From contig JBFLGF010000197.1 in assembly GCA_050230475.1 (NCBI GenBank), forward strand, positions 1-64,000: a stretch of 64,000 nt of DNA. Direction: 5' to 3'. The stretch is from Ancylonema sp. (Eukaryota). Shown one piece after another: positions 11,872-24,914 of the stretch. Made by a program: the position numbers and the translations under genes. The notes below the pieces were generated by a model. It did not search any database, was not told the origin of the DNA, and was given only the letters and a program-made list of their open reading frames with translations. Position 1 is the first letter of the stretch. The number at the start of each line of letters is the position of its first letter.

Positions 11872-14800
11872 ATGGCGCTTCCTGAGGATTCGACTAATCT
11901 CAATCTCATAAAAGGTGAGATTAAGCTCTGATATAAGAAAAATACATGAGACGATCGTTGTACGTTTGAACTCAACGGAGCCCTGCTATCTGCTTGAGCC
12001 CATGAAATGTTGAAAAATATCGTAGTGTTGTAGTCGCGCTTAAAACGTGTGCAATCGCCAGCGAAATCAGGAATCCGCCTTATTTCACAGAGGAAATTTC
12101 GGAAGCTGGTAAATGTTCATGCGCAAACTTACTAGCGGTTCGGATGTCCTGGAGGATTGGACGGATATGGCTGAAGCTGACATGAGAGAGTCTTAGTCAT
12201 CATAGACAGAGTCGAGTATAACGAGTCAGTCTCGTTAGGCCGTGGAAACACAGAGTGACAATGGCGAGCCGGTGTGCAAGAGCCATCCCATCCCATCCCA
12301 TCCCATCCCTTCCCATACTCTGTACAGTCGGGCGATCTGGGAAGATAAAAGTTGGAGGTAGCGATAAGAGGAACGAAGATGCAGCTGCTTTCAAACGTCT
12401 CATGGCCATGGTAGGCTGCTTTCTTCTACTGGAATGTACCTATGCCCTCCCTTCCTTCACCATTTCAGAATGCAGGAGGGCATCGAACACTCTTCCTTTT
12501 TCCCCCGTCTCTCCAATCAACCACACAAATGAAATCGAAAACGATGGCTGTCAGTACTGGGATACTTTGGCATGTCCTGTTTTCACTTCTATCCGAAGGT
12601 ATTGCCTGATGAGAGTTGTGGGTGGGATGTGGGATTCAGATGCAAGAGGAAGGGGGCCCTGGGGGGTACTTGCATGGGAGAGGAGGTACGCTTTACGATC
12701 GTTATAAGTAGTGATCGATCGTTATAAGGAGTGATAGGGGCTGAGCTTCCTGTCTGTGTATGGATTCGCGAGAAGCTGCCAAGTATTGTGTGTAGAAATA
12801 CAGTCTGCACCCATCCACAAACACTCCCACCTACACATTGGCATTTGTATATAAAAAACACAAACATGTGTTTGTGTATGTTTTTTAAACACAAGCGTGT
12901 TCGTTATTAGGTCTATGTATTCCTCCACCTATCACTCAAACGGAATTCCTGGTATTGGTGGTTGGGACGTAAGAATGTATGTATGTGTGCATACATGCAT
13001 TGTGTATGTATGCATGTATATGTGCATGCATGCATGTTTGAATGTATGTACGTATGATTGTATGTATTTATGTTTGTTTGTGCCTGTAAACATGTGTATA
13101 TATATGTATGTATGAATACATGCATGCATGTACAAATGGTTGTTAGCATGCGTGTCTGAACCGACATGTCATGTTGTGTATGAAACACAGACAGTCAGTT
13201 GTGTGTGCTGATGCAAACATGCACATTTACATATACATATATACATATGCAATTGAATGTACATGTTACAGATGTGTATTCCCAGACATGTGTATCATCT
13301 CGTATGTGCATACACGCATGTATGTGCAGACACATCAAATTCTCTAAACGCATGTATACACGCATACATACATACATACAGTGCGTGCGTATCTGTCTAT
13401 GCCCAATAGAATGGTCTAATCCATTCCACTCCATCATTCAAATCGTCCCCCAAAAAGCATATTATGTGAGAAGGTGTTTAGAGGGAGAGATGTGGCAGGG
13501 GGGGTTTGGGTGATCTTGATATGCTTTCTGTGGTGATGTCAGCTTTGGATCATGATGACGTTCTGTACCTGAAGGAGCAGCGGGCGGCAGAGCAAGACGC
13601 GGAGAGGATGCGGACGCACAACGAGAAGAGAGCGTTTCTAGCCTACAAAATATCCTCTCACGTGACCAAGTGTGTAGAGAGAGTAGAATGCACCGAACCT
13701 TGAAACCTGACCCCTCATTGAACCCTAAATGCCTCTCTGGACCTCATCCATGGCGATTCGGTGTCGAGAGGAGAGGAGAGGAGAGGAGAGGAGAGGAGAG
13801 GAGAGGAGAGGAAGATGTGGGACTCCCGGTTTGGGGCATTTCAGAAAGCAGAAGGACAGAAAACGTGCGAGCTATGGAAAGCACACATGTGTGGCGGGAT
13901 GAGCCAAAATCGTAGACGTGCCTCAAACGAATACTGGATAAGGAAAGGAACAGCCCTCTTCAATGGGGAGGGGGGCAGGCGGGGGGGCCCTGAGCTGGGG
14001 ATGGGGTCAGACAAACCCGGGACTGCTGGTCAGAGTGTGATGTCATGCCGATGTCATGCCGATGTCATGTCGATGTCATGCCGATGTCATGTCGATGTCA
14101 TGCCGATGTCATGTCGATGTCATGCCGATGTCATGTCGATGTCATGCCGATGTCATGTCGATGTCATGCCGATGTCATGTCGATGTCATGCTGATGTCAT
14201 TCCCTTGACTAGAAATCCGCACGCGGCGCAGAGTGAAGTGGACATTTCGCAAACCAACCCCGTGTTTGTGGAACCGAAAGCGAGGAGTGGCATCAGGTGA
14301 GAGCGAGAGAGGGTTTTTTTTGGGGGTTTTTGGGGTTCCAGGGGGGCTGGGGGGCTGGGGTGTGACGTGAATGTGCCACCTGGCACCGATGCTGGGAGCG
14401 CTTTTCAGCAAGTCGGCACATTCGGGTTTTTGGGGACCTGATGCGGAACGTAGGTCTTGCTGTAGATGCGACAGGAATGAAGGGGGATCAAATATATGGA
14501 GTACTTCAATAATATTAATCAATATTGTTGATCCATCATACTCCTCACATCTGATAGTATAGCGGTAGAAGATTACAACTCTGTTGCGGGGATGGTGGGG
14601 TTGGTTTTCTTACGGTTTTCGCACGTGATTGGCCGGTCGGTACGTTTTGGATTCCACGCAACGTAATGCTTGTTTGAACTTGGGTGCAAATCCGTATACG
14701 TTTTTTGAACACTTGTCGAATTCGCGAGTGCAAGATGTAGGGTGTGTCTTGCCCTTCCAATCTACCCAATTCCCGTATGTGTGGATACGATCACACATCG

Positions 14801-15265
14801 GTACAAAGTGAGATGTAACGTTCGATTCATTCCTATGACGCCGACACGTGGATTGCACGATTGAGTGTGTGAACCACACTCTCGGTCCCGATCCTTCCAC
14901 CTCTGTGATTCCGCAGACAACATGATTTGCTCAAGATGCGAGTGGAAGTGAAGCCCAAAAAACCACGCCTAGACAGCCCCGTGGGAAGACCAGATGGAGG
15001 GGTGGGGGTGACAACTTCATCTCTAGGGACCGATGCTAGTGGTGGGGGTGTGGGGGAGGGGAGGGAAGGAGGGGAGGGAGCTGGTGTTGGGATTGGGATC
15101 TCCACGTCGGGAGGCAGTGGTGGCGCGAATGGGAGTTCTCTTTTGGGATTGGCTTACGACGAGGAGAGTGAGGAGGAGGAGGAGGCAGGGGAGGAGAAGG
15201 GAGAAGGGAGGGGGGATGTGGATGGGAGAAGTGCGGGTAAAGTAGATCGGGAGGTGGAGAGATAG
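11872..15265 (+). CDS. Conserved uncharacterised protein, possibly distantly FAM192A/Fyv6-like; exons 11872-11914, 12091-12108, 12328-12410, (unresolved small exon(s) 12599-13470), 13543-13649, 14223-14296, 14917-15265
   Basis: Spliced frame ...LDHDDVLYLKEQRAAEQDAERMRTHNEKRAFLAYK|AAQSEVD...VEPKARSGIR|QHDLLKMRVEVKPKKPRL...SLLGLAYDEESEE. The last three exons are phase-consistent via an AT-AC intron. The 5' exons are less certain. Confidence 0.6.
13767..13812. repeat. (GAGAG)n / (AGAGG)n pentamer repeat
   Basis: Directly visible, inside the U12 intron. Confidence 0.95.
14039..14200. repeat. 11-bp minisatellite (GATGTCATGCC/GATGTCATGTC)n, ~15 units
   Basis: Directly visible. Ends immediately before the U12 branch site. 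Confidence 0.95.
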
Positions 15266-15593
15266 TTAATGGTGGTACTTTGTGGAGGCACTAAGGTGTC
15301 GAAAATCGATGGTGGTGATTTGTGGTGTCCATAGCTAGGTATGGGATAATAGTGAGAAGCCCTTTTGTACATTTGGTCATGCTTGAAAACAAGAATATAA
15401 GTAATCACTCCACGTTTGCATTGCTGATTAGAGTGCGTTTTTGATGTTAAAAACCGCCTCAGTTGCGATCAAATAGTCATCGATCATGTTGTGAACAATC
15501 GATCAAATTTTGTGTTCTTAGAGCACAGTTTATGACCAAACCTTTTGACCACACCTTTTGACAATTTTCCAAATAAGGTTGGAACCGGGCTCG

Positions 15594-15594
15594 N
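15594..15594. other. Single N: probable scaffold join
   Basis: Sequence after the N begins abruptly inside RAD51B intron 3. Confidence 0.8.
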
Positions 15595-15934
15595 ATGCTT
15601 CAGCATGCGTGACACTCTCCTGCTACCCTACGCAAATAGGCCAGGCTACCAGTTTTACTTTTCCTCATTACTGGGAAGTGTGTTGCATACTACTCAACTG
15701 TCTCGAACGGAAGAGGTCACACAAGAGTCACAATGCAGAGTGTGCCTAAATACTTCTGTGTGTTACAAGTCCATGAAATCGGTCGAGAATTTGGCATATG
15801 GTCACTTCTCCAGATGCGTTTATCTATCATTCGACATGTTTTTATAAAACAGCGATTTGCTTCTGTGTTCATAGCACATGAGTCTCCTCAGAGATTGCCA
15901 TTTTTGGGTGTCATCGGCATCTTCTCTCGTGCAG

Positions 15935-18732
15935 TTCTGTTTCATGCTGTCTCTATTTGCGACGTTGCCGAAGACCCATGGAGGTTTGGATGGCACTGTG
16001 GTGTATATTGACACAGAGAAAAAGTTCAGCTCACTCAGGTACTTCGCCCTGTGTAGAGGGAGGAGACACCAGAATACTCGTCTGGTCACTCCACTTCCTT
16101 TCAGTTGCAAAGAAGAAGAAAAGAGAATATGAGGTCACAATGCACTCACACTCAACTGCGTGAGCATTGATTATCCAGGACTGAGTGTTCCAAAAGCTGA
16201 GTCTGAATGCAGATTTGTTGAGATCGCACAAACACGTTTCCCGGAAGAGTTCAATAGTATCAATCAGACAGCTATCCAAGAAGTGAGTTTATCAGAGCGA
16301 AATTATTCGGCGGCTGACTGAGAGTTCTCTGAGAACATCTGGCCCTTCAATCGTTGCTTCAGCTACCACATTGCTTATGCGTTAAAAATTGTCTTCGCTT
16401 TTATGGGAATACTTCATCAGTATATCGTGAAGCTGAATTGCGCATCTCGTCGGTCGAGTCGCAGTTGACATCTCGAGTGATTGTGGTCACGCCGAACTCT
16501 GCTTCAGATCTCACAAAAAGGTACGCTGAAATGCGTTGTCCTACAACTCTTTTCTGCTCTCTGGGGTCCCTCTTCTTCTGCACAAAGCTCTTTTTAGAGA
16601 CAATCATGACAGCTTCAGTGATGTTCAGGGTTCAGTTGTCTAGACTTTGGATACCTGAATGTGTTCCCTGAATTGATTCGTACCTTTGGCGGTTTCTTGT
16701 GTGCTCCAAGACTGAACGCGCTGGAAGAGATCATCACTGAACGCCGTGTGCGACTGATTGTGGTGGACTCGATTGCTGCGCTGCTGCGGAGGTGTGCTCG
16801 CTTGCTGTCTTAAAACTTGTGTCTGAGGCTGCCTCGCCAACAGAGAGGAACGTTTGGAACCAGACTTTAGTTGTGGAACTTCTCAGAAGTTTCGAGAGCT
16901 ATGTGTGTATCATCTACAGAAATACATGTTTACGAACTTTGGGATACGTATGTGGGATGCAGTGAGACAGAGAGAGACAAAATGATTCAACACCACGAGC
17001 TCCTCGGACGTCAAGCAGCAGTTCTCAAGTGAAGCCCCCTCCATGACTATCCTCTACGCCGAATTCTCTTACTTTCTTTCGTTTTCACATTCCATAGGCA
17101 GACAAGAGCAAGCGATTACCGAATCGCTTGGAGTGCATGGGGCTAGGTGCATGCCACCACTGGTCCCAGTGCACCACATGTGACTGATAGAAGCGAAACG
17201 AAACTGTCAGTCCGTGCCACTGCTCACTCCACTGCTCACTGCCTGGTCCAGATACCTGGCTGAAAAATTTCGAGTCTCCGTGGTGGTAACCAATCAGGTG
17301 ACCACCCGCATTGGAGGTCCCGCTGGGCAGCCCAACTTTGATTTCGGTATGTGCTCCCTCACTCACACGACTGGAAACAAGCAAAATACGATTTTTGGTT
17401 CTGTCACTGTCCTCTTCCTACATGAAGCTTATAAATATCTGCAGATGTATCTGCAAAGAGTGTATTGCTTTCCAACAAGCTATGTGAAGAGATGCGAACC
17501 GAAGTGGAGTGCACTCTGACAATCTAAAATGACGTGTCGGTGATTGAACACACCACTTTTTGTGTACGATGTCACACGCACGCACTCCCGCCTGAAACCA
17601 CTGGATTCCGGATTCTGGATTCTGGATTCTGGATTCTGGATTCTGGATTCTGGATTCCTCCAGATCCTCTGCTGACTGTACTCCACCAACCGTGATGCAG
17701 TGCCGAGTGCGAAAGACAGCGATGGATTCCCAGTGGCAGATAACTCAGAGGCCTACCTGACAGCAGCTCTGGGTACAAAGTGGGCGCACTGTGTGAACAT
17801 ACGCCTCGTGCTGGAAACTCTTTCAGGTACCACCTGGTGTGGATGTGTGTCAGCGGACAGGTATTGACAGTGCTCTCCATTCGCGAACTGAATTCAGAGC
17901 TGGTCATGTGACTGCTGACTGCTGCGGCACTGACGGAATCTGATTCCGTCCAAATTCTGAGCTATTGTTTTCGATACCAGAGACGAGGGGGGCAAAAGTT
18001 ACAGCGCCTCATCTCAGGCGAGGGCAAGTAATTTTTTTTTTTCAAAGTGTCCCCAGCCATACGTTATCCTGGCATGGGAAGGTGGACGATCATTTTGACA
18101 GAGGCGTGTTGGAACAGAACGTTCATTTCACAAAACAGATGATTGAATCCACTCGTTTTCAGGTCAACGATTCTTGAAAATTGCGAAATCTCCTATGGCA
18201 GCCGCCCTGGCTTTTCCGTACGCCATCACGACAGCTGGCATACAGTTAACCTCCGATGAGGTGTACGATGCTGAGGGTGGCCTCACAGTCATTCGGAATG
18301 AAAGTGAGTGGGACCCCGACCCAAGGAAGGAAAATTAAGATGTGGCATGATTAGTAGATGGAGGTTGAGGAACGGCATCATTGAACTCATTCATGAACTC
18401 ATTTATGACGTCATCGTGACAAATGCTCGCACCCTCTGGGCTTCGATTTCACGTTTCTGGGATATGAAAGGGCATCAAGAAAGATTGCATAGGATGTAGC
18501 ACAGTACATATTTTTATCATTTACACTTTTCTTGTGTGGCAAAACATGTGCGCGAGGAGGTCATGTATGGGGGAAACGAGTGTGTGTTGATCGACTGTAC
18601 CTCACACGGAGCTCCCCTCTTCCTAATGCATTTTAAATATAGACCACTAGCAGTACCACTTTCTTGTTTACACATGGCCATGAACCTGACCGGCAGTCGA
18701 CTTTTTGTGCAGGTAACATGGCACCCTACTAA
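15935..18732 (+). pseudogene. RAD51B: RAD51B partial copy A (exons 4-12; 5' end cut by the N gap)
   Basis: Matches 28414-31211 and lacks the Walker A exon in this window. Confidence 0.75.
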
Positions 18733-19566
18733 GAGAAAACGCCTTCCAACAAGATTATGATGCATTACCCCATTTTGCAATACATCCCACAAACCTCCTG
18801 ATGTCACGTCCACTGGCTTCAATATGTGCACCAGAGTGGAGTCTCGCTCGTTTTATGCAAAAAGATGGTAGAAAACAGAGGTCGTGAGGGGATCATTTTT
18901 CAAGCAGCCAAGGATGTAGGGATGCATGATGCAAGTCTCTTGAGTGCAACATGGTTTTTGGATGCTTGCTAGCGTAAGGTGATCTGCAATTAAAAAATAG
19001 CTGTCATCCACAATGTGTCCAAATTGGCTACATATGAAGAATATGTCGGCTATGTCTCCTTAATTTTTTCTTGTTAATGACTTGCTAGGGTGCACTCTTC
19101 AGCCAAATGTTTCAAAAACATTTGTCATGGGTCATGGCATAGTCCTTCAACCTCGCTCCTCTTACAAGGATTGCGATTGGCCAAATGAAGATTGCCAATC
19201 TTGCATATGTGGCAAGGTGACAAGTCACCAATTTCCAGCCTTGCAGATTGAACAAGGATTCTACATCAAAAGAAACAATTAGTTGCACCAATCGTATTCG
19301 AGGACAGTTCATTTGAGTGGGAGTCCTCGCCCAAGGAATACCGCTCGACTTATTATAGCTGCATGGTTCCTGAAGCTACATAGTGCTCAATTGCTACATA
19401 TATGAATATACATAGAACTCCTTCTCCTACCATAAGCTGGTGCAAATGTACAACCTACATGGAACAATGTACACAGTATGTATAGCATGTGTGGTGTGTC
19501 TAACAAAGTAAACTCTACAGAGGTGAATATTTTGCGAGGCAATAAACGCAATGCACCGCCCACGTA

Positions 19567-21370
19567 TCAATCAATGGCGACCTTTGCTTGGACAATATTC
19601 CCCACATGAGCTTTTTCTTCTCTTCGGTGGGCCTTAATCAAGTCCCGTCCAAGCTCCAAATTGAGCAAATTGAAACAGAGTATGCCGCCCAACGCAATCG
19701 GAAACTCGACTCCTCTTGGAAAGCTTCGATAGTTGTAAATCAGCAATGGCGGAATTATCCCATGGGCCACAATCCGGGTACCAAAATATGTGATCCATAA
19801 GCACTTCCAATTAATCCAGTTGACCCAACCACATGAACTCACCCCCGCCAGAGAAAGCAACCTCCGGTGATGCAAGAAGATGGAATTGGTCTGCGGTACA
19901 TTGAAACGATAAACTGTCATCATTTTTTCATGTGGAGACTCAAGTACACGACCGACTAGAGTGCTTGCAAGTTGAAGAAAACGCAAAATCCACTCAAACT
20001 AACATCATGCACACCGTGTGTAGAATGTTAACACTTGTCTTGCTTGCTTGTCGATATGCTTGTCAAATAAGAAACGCCTGATCAATAATTCCAAAAATTG
20101 GTGACATAAGAGTGTTAAAAGGTAAAATGGTAAAAAGGTAGAAAGTTCATACTCACTTCGCACACAAGCGTGAGAATGAGATAATTTATCGTCACATCTC
20201 GATACAAAGCGATTGTGAAGCACACGAGCAAAATGGCGTTGTGCGCCAGAATTGACGGAGCTTTAGGGTTGTACAGCCGCCTCCGTAGCGAGTCCCATAA
20301 GTCATACGCCAAATAGCCGCAAGATATGCTGACCACAGTGTATGCACGAGAAGAGTGGCCGCGATACATGCCCTTGCCCTTGCCAAACGTGCCAAAGTCA
20401 ACCGCAAAGACTGCGAAGACTGAAGAGAAAGATCGGGAGGGGCGGTGAGGAAATATCATAAGTAGATTGAGGGATTCATGGGGGATTGTGTGAGGTGTGA
20501 TTAGGCCATACGACATGTTTTCTGGTTTTGGAAGATGATCATCGAAGACCTGGGACTGGAGTTACCTCAGGTGGATTTTACCTTCCCTTAAATGATACAA
20601 ACCTGACGCTACCAGACAGCGCACAACAACAAGATACTGCGAGTGTGCAACACTGAAGGTCGGTTGGAAGGTCGTTGTGGACTATGTGAAGGAGTATGAA
20701 CATGTCACCAGTTGGGCTACATATCTGTGTCCAAGTCCAAGGTCGAAATTTGCTATCATATCAAATAGGGAGAAAGAGGTGGAGAAGGAACACAAAAGGT
20801 ATTGCGGAGCTCTACGAGATAGCTGATATTCAGATGTTGGATTGGAATTTCGGTTTCAATTCTGTCCTCCCAGTCAAAGTGAGGTAGATTGGTGACATCA
20901 TACATCACATGTATGATGTCAAACATCATACATGATGGTTGACATGATACTGGTCAACCATCATGAAGACAGAATGATGTGGTTTGGAGGGTCTGTTGCG
21001 TCACTGGTTGCCATTATATAAATAGGCCAGATTTATTGCGACCGTAATCTGTGGGGCGAAAATCTTAATTCCGCCAAAAACATACCAGTTAATACTATTT
21101 TGAGGGTGGGCCTGCCAACACTGCTGCAATAATAAGCGCCGCTGACACAAAATTGCTGCTGCTTACTGCGGATCCTATTTCTCACCTCCAACAGCAGTAG
21201 TTAGGGAGTGGCAGTACGACATCACGGTGTTGTGCCAAAGGTTTAATCTTCTGCCACTCAGAGCCTTGATTGCGGGAATAAACCGGACCGACATCGATTC
21301 AGAAATGAGGGAAACCATTCCAAATGCAGAGGCTGCCGCGCCCGCGCGCCACATTGCCCGTTTTCGAAAA
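19567..21370 (-). pseudogene. TLC-domain gene, 5'-truncated copy A
   Basis: Matches 32046-33849. Exon 1 is cut at the 21370/21371 junction. Confidence 0.75.
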
Positions 21371-24300
21371 TGGTAACCAGAATGCTCTCTGCTATGGAGC
21401 TGAAAGGGAATGTCATCCACAAACTAGCTGCTAGGAATCTTCACACCGCCAAGGTAAGCCAGCATCTTGCAGGGATACGAAAAAAATATCAAGTATCACC
21501 ACTGTGATACTCAGTCACAGTGCTTTCTCTTGTTATTCCTGAAGAAGATGTCGTGGAACAGGACGTTCTGGGAAAAACGGAACTGGAGCTCATCGAATTG
21601 CTGGATGTCAACTTAGATGATCTGAGGGAGGCACTCCACGCAATCAGCAAAAACGTGGCCCCAAAGTGTAGCAGTGTAAGAATCCGTCTCTGGTAGAGTG
21701 GACTGCAACGTGTCGGCAATTAGTCACGCGACATTGAGAAGTATCTATTCGAAATGATAACGAAGAAGCGGAATTGCTTGAGAGGACGGAAATAAGTTGT
21801 GAGAGGTAAGCTCAAGAGTAGGAATGGTCTCCTTGTCTACGCAAATTCCACGCCGATGATGTGTCACGTACATGTCACAGATGATCATGTCAGCTAATAA
21901 AGAATCTCCATAGCCCTCAAAACTGCCATCCAGGCACCTGATTCACATGTCAATTATCAATTGCGTTGCAGGTGCTCGAGCTCCTCAATGAAAGAGTGGC
22001 TAGGAGCGCAGACCTCAATCATCTTCCAACGCAGCTTGACGCCCTAGATGAAGCCCTCTATGGTGGACTACCACTTGGCACTATCACGGAGCTTGTGGGC
22101 GCCGCAGGAGTTGGGAAAACGCAAGTGAGTATGACAATCTTCAAGGCTATGCAAACAAGTCCTTTTTGCTTCAGCATGCGTGACACTCTCCTGCTACCCT
22201 ACGCAAATAGGCCAGGCTACCAGTTTTACTTTTCCTCATTACTGGGAAGTGTGTTGCATACTACTCAACTGTCTCGAACGGAAGAGGTCACACAAGAGTC
22301 ACAATGCAGAGTGTGCCTAAATACTTCTGTGTGTTACAAGTCCATGAAATCGGTCGAGAATTTGGCATATGGTCACTTCTCCAGATGCGTTTATCTATCA
22401 TTCGACATGTTTTTATAAAACAGCGATTTGCTTCTGTGTTCATAGCACATGAGTCTCCTCAGAGATTGCCATTTTTGGGTGTCATCGGCATCTTCTCTCG
22501 TGCAGTTCTGTTTCATGCTGTCTCTATTTGCGACGTTGCCGAAGACCCATGGAGGTTTGGATGGCACTGTGGTGTATATTGACACAGAGAAAAAGTTCAG
22601 CTCACTCAGGTACTTCGCCCTGTGTAGAGGGAGGAGACACCAGAATACTCGTCTGGTCACTCCACTTCCTTTCAGTTGCAAAGAAGAAGAAAAGAGAATA
22701 TGAGGTCACAATGCACTCACACTCAACTGCGTGAGCATTGATTATCCAGGACTGAGTGTTCCAAAAGCTGAGTCTGAATGCAGATTTGTTGAGATCGCAC
22801 AAACACGTTTCCCGGAAGAGTTCAATAGTATCAATCAGACAGCTATCCAAGAAGTGAGTTTATCAGAGCGAAATTATTCGGCGGCTGACTGAGAGTTCTC
22901 TGAGAACATCTGGCCCTTCAATCGTTGCTTCAGCTACCACATTGCTTATGCGTTAAAAATTGTCTTCGCTTTTATGGGAATACTTCATCAGTATATCGTG
23001 AAGCTGAATTGCGCATCTCGTCGGTCGAGTCGCAGTTGACATCTCGAGTGATTGTGGTCACGCCGAACTCTGCTTCAGATCTCACAAAAAGGTACGCTGA
23101 AATGCGTTGTCCTACAACTCTTTTCTGCTCTCTGGGGTCCCTCTTCTTCTGCACAAAGCTCTTTTTAGAGACAATCATGACAGCTTCAGTGATGTTCAGG
23201 GTTCAGTTGTCTAGACTTTGGATACCTGAATGTGTTCCCTGAATTGATTCGTACCTTTGGCGGTTTCTTGTGTGCTCCAAGACTGAACGCGCTGGAAGAG
23301 ATCATCACTGAACGCCGTGTGCGACTGATTGTGGTGGACTCGATTGCTGCGCTGCTGCGGAGGTGTGCTCGCTTGCTGTCTTAAAACTTGTGTCTGAGGC
23401 TGCCTCGCCAACAGAGAGGAACGTTTGGAACCAGACTTTAGTTGTGGAACTTCTCAGAAGTTTCGAGAGCTATGTGTGTATCATCTACAGAAATACATGT
23501 TTACGAACTTTGGGATACGTATGTGGGATGCAGTGAGACAGAGAGAGACAAAATGATTCAACACCACGAGCTCCTCGGACGTCAAGCAGCAGTTCTCAAG
23601 TGAAGCCCCCTCCATGACTATCCTCTACGCCGAATTCTCTTACTTTCTTTCGTTTTCACATTCCATAGGCAGACAAGAGCAAGCGATTACCGAATCGCTT
23701 GGAGTGCATGGGGCTAGGTGCATGCCACCACTGGTCCCAGTGCACCACATGTGACTGATAGAAGCGAAACGAAACTGTCAGTCCGTGCCACTGCTCACTC
23801 CACTGCTCACTGCCTGGTCCAGATACCTGGCTGAAAAATTTCGAGTCTCCGTGGTGGTAACCAATCAGGTGACCACCCGCATTGGAGGTCCCGCTGGGCA
23901 GCCCAACTTTGATTTCGGTATGTGCTCCCTCACTCACACGACTGGAAACAAGCAAAATACGATTTTTGGTTCTGTCACTGTCCTCTTCCTACATGAAGCT
24001 TATAAATATCTGCAGATGTATCTGCAAAGAGTGTATTGCTTTCCAACAAGCTATGTGAAGAGATGCGAACCGAAGTGGAGTGCACTCTGACAATCTAAAA
24101 TGACGTGTCGGTGATTGAACACACCACTTTTTGTGTACGATGTCACACGCACGCACTCCCGCCTGAAACCACTGGATTCCTTACAGCGCCTCATCTCAGG
24201 CGAGGGCAAGTAATTTTTTTTTTTCAAAGTGTCCCCAGCCATACGTTATCCTGGCATGGGAAGGTGGACGATCATTTTGACAGAGGCGTGTTGGAACAGA

Positions 24301-24914
24301 ACGTTCATTTCACAAAACAGATGATTGAATCCACTCGTTTTCAGGTCAACGATTCTTGAAAATTGCGAAATCTCCTATGGCAGCCGCCCTGGCTTTTCCG
24401 TACGCCATCACGACAGCTGGCATACAGTTAACCTCCGATGAGGTGTACGATGCTGAGGGTGGCCTCACAGTCATTCGGAATGAAAGTGAGTGGGACCCCG
24501 ACCCAAGGAAGGAAAATTAAGATGTGGCATGATTAGTAGATGGAGGTTGAGGAACGGCATCATTGAACTCATTCATGAACTCATTTATGACGTCATCGTG
24601 ACAAATGCTCGCACCCTCTGGGCTTCGATTTCACGTTTCTGGGATATGAAAGGGCATCAAGAAAGATTGCATAGGATGTAGCACAGTACATATTTTTATC
24701 ATTTACACTTTTCTTGTGTGGCAAAACATGTGCGCGAGGAGGTCATGTATGGGGGAAACGAGTGTGTGTTGATCGACTGTACCTCACACGGAGCTCCCCT
24801 CTTCCTAATGCATTTTAAATATAGACCACTAGCAGTACCACTTTCTTGTTTACACATGGCCATGAACCTGACCGGCAGTCGACTTTTTGTGCAGGTAACA
24901 TGGCACCCTACTAA
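21370..24914 (+). CDS. RAD51B: RAD51B copy B lacking exon 10 (in-frame 42-aa deletion); functional status unknown
   Basis: ATG at 21370. Exons otherwise as in copy C. The 389-bp deletion removes a 126-nt phase1-phase1 exon. Stop TAA at 24912-24914. Confidence 0.55.

Larger units (their letters stand above)
13650..14222 (+). other. U12-type (minor spliceosome) AT-AC intron
   Basis: 5' site ATATCCTCT. Branch site TCCCTTGAC at 14201-14209. Ends in AC at 14221-14222. Removal joins the two exons in frame. Confidence 0.85.
15596..21370. repeat. Segmental duplicate A (equals 28075-33849)
   Basis: Constant offset of 12479 with identical ORF translations throughout. Confidence 0.95.

Noticed and set aside
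14039..14200. Regular repeats as a possible CRISPR array
   Set aside because: The 11-bp units are contiguous with no spacers, there are no cas genes, and the context is a eukaryotic intron.
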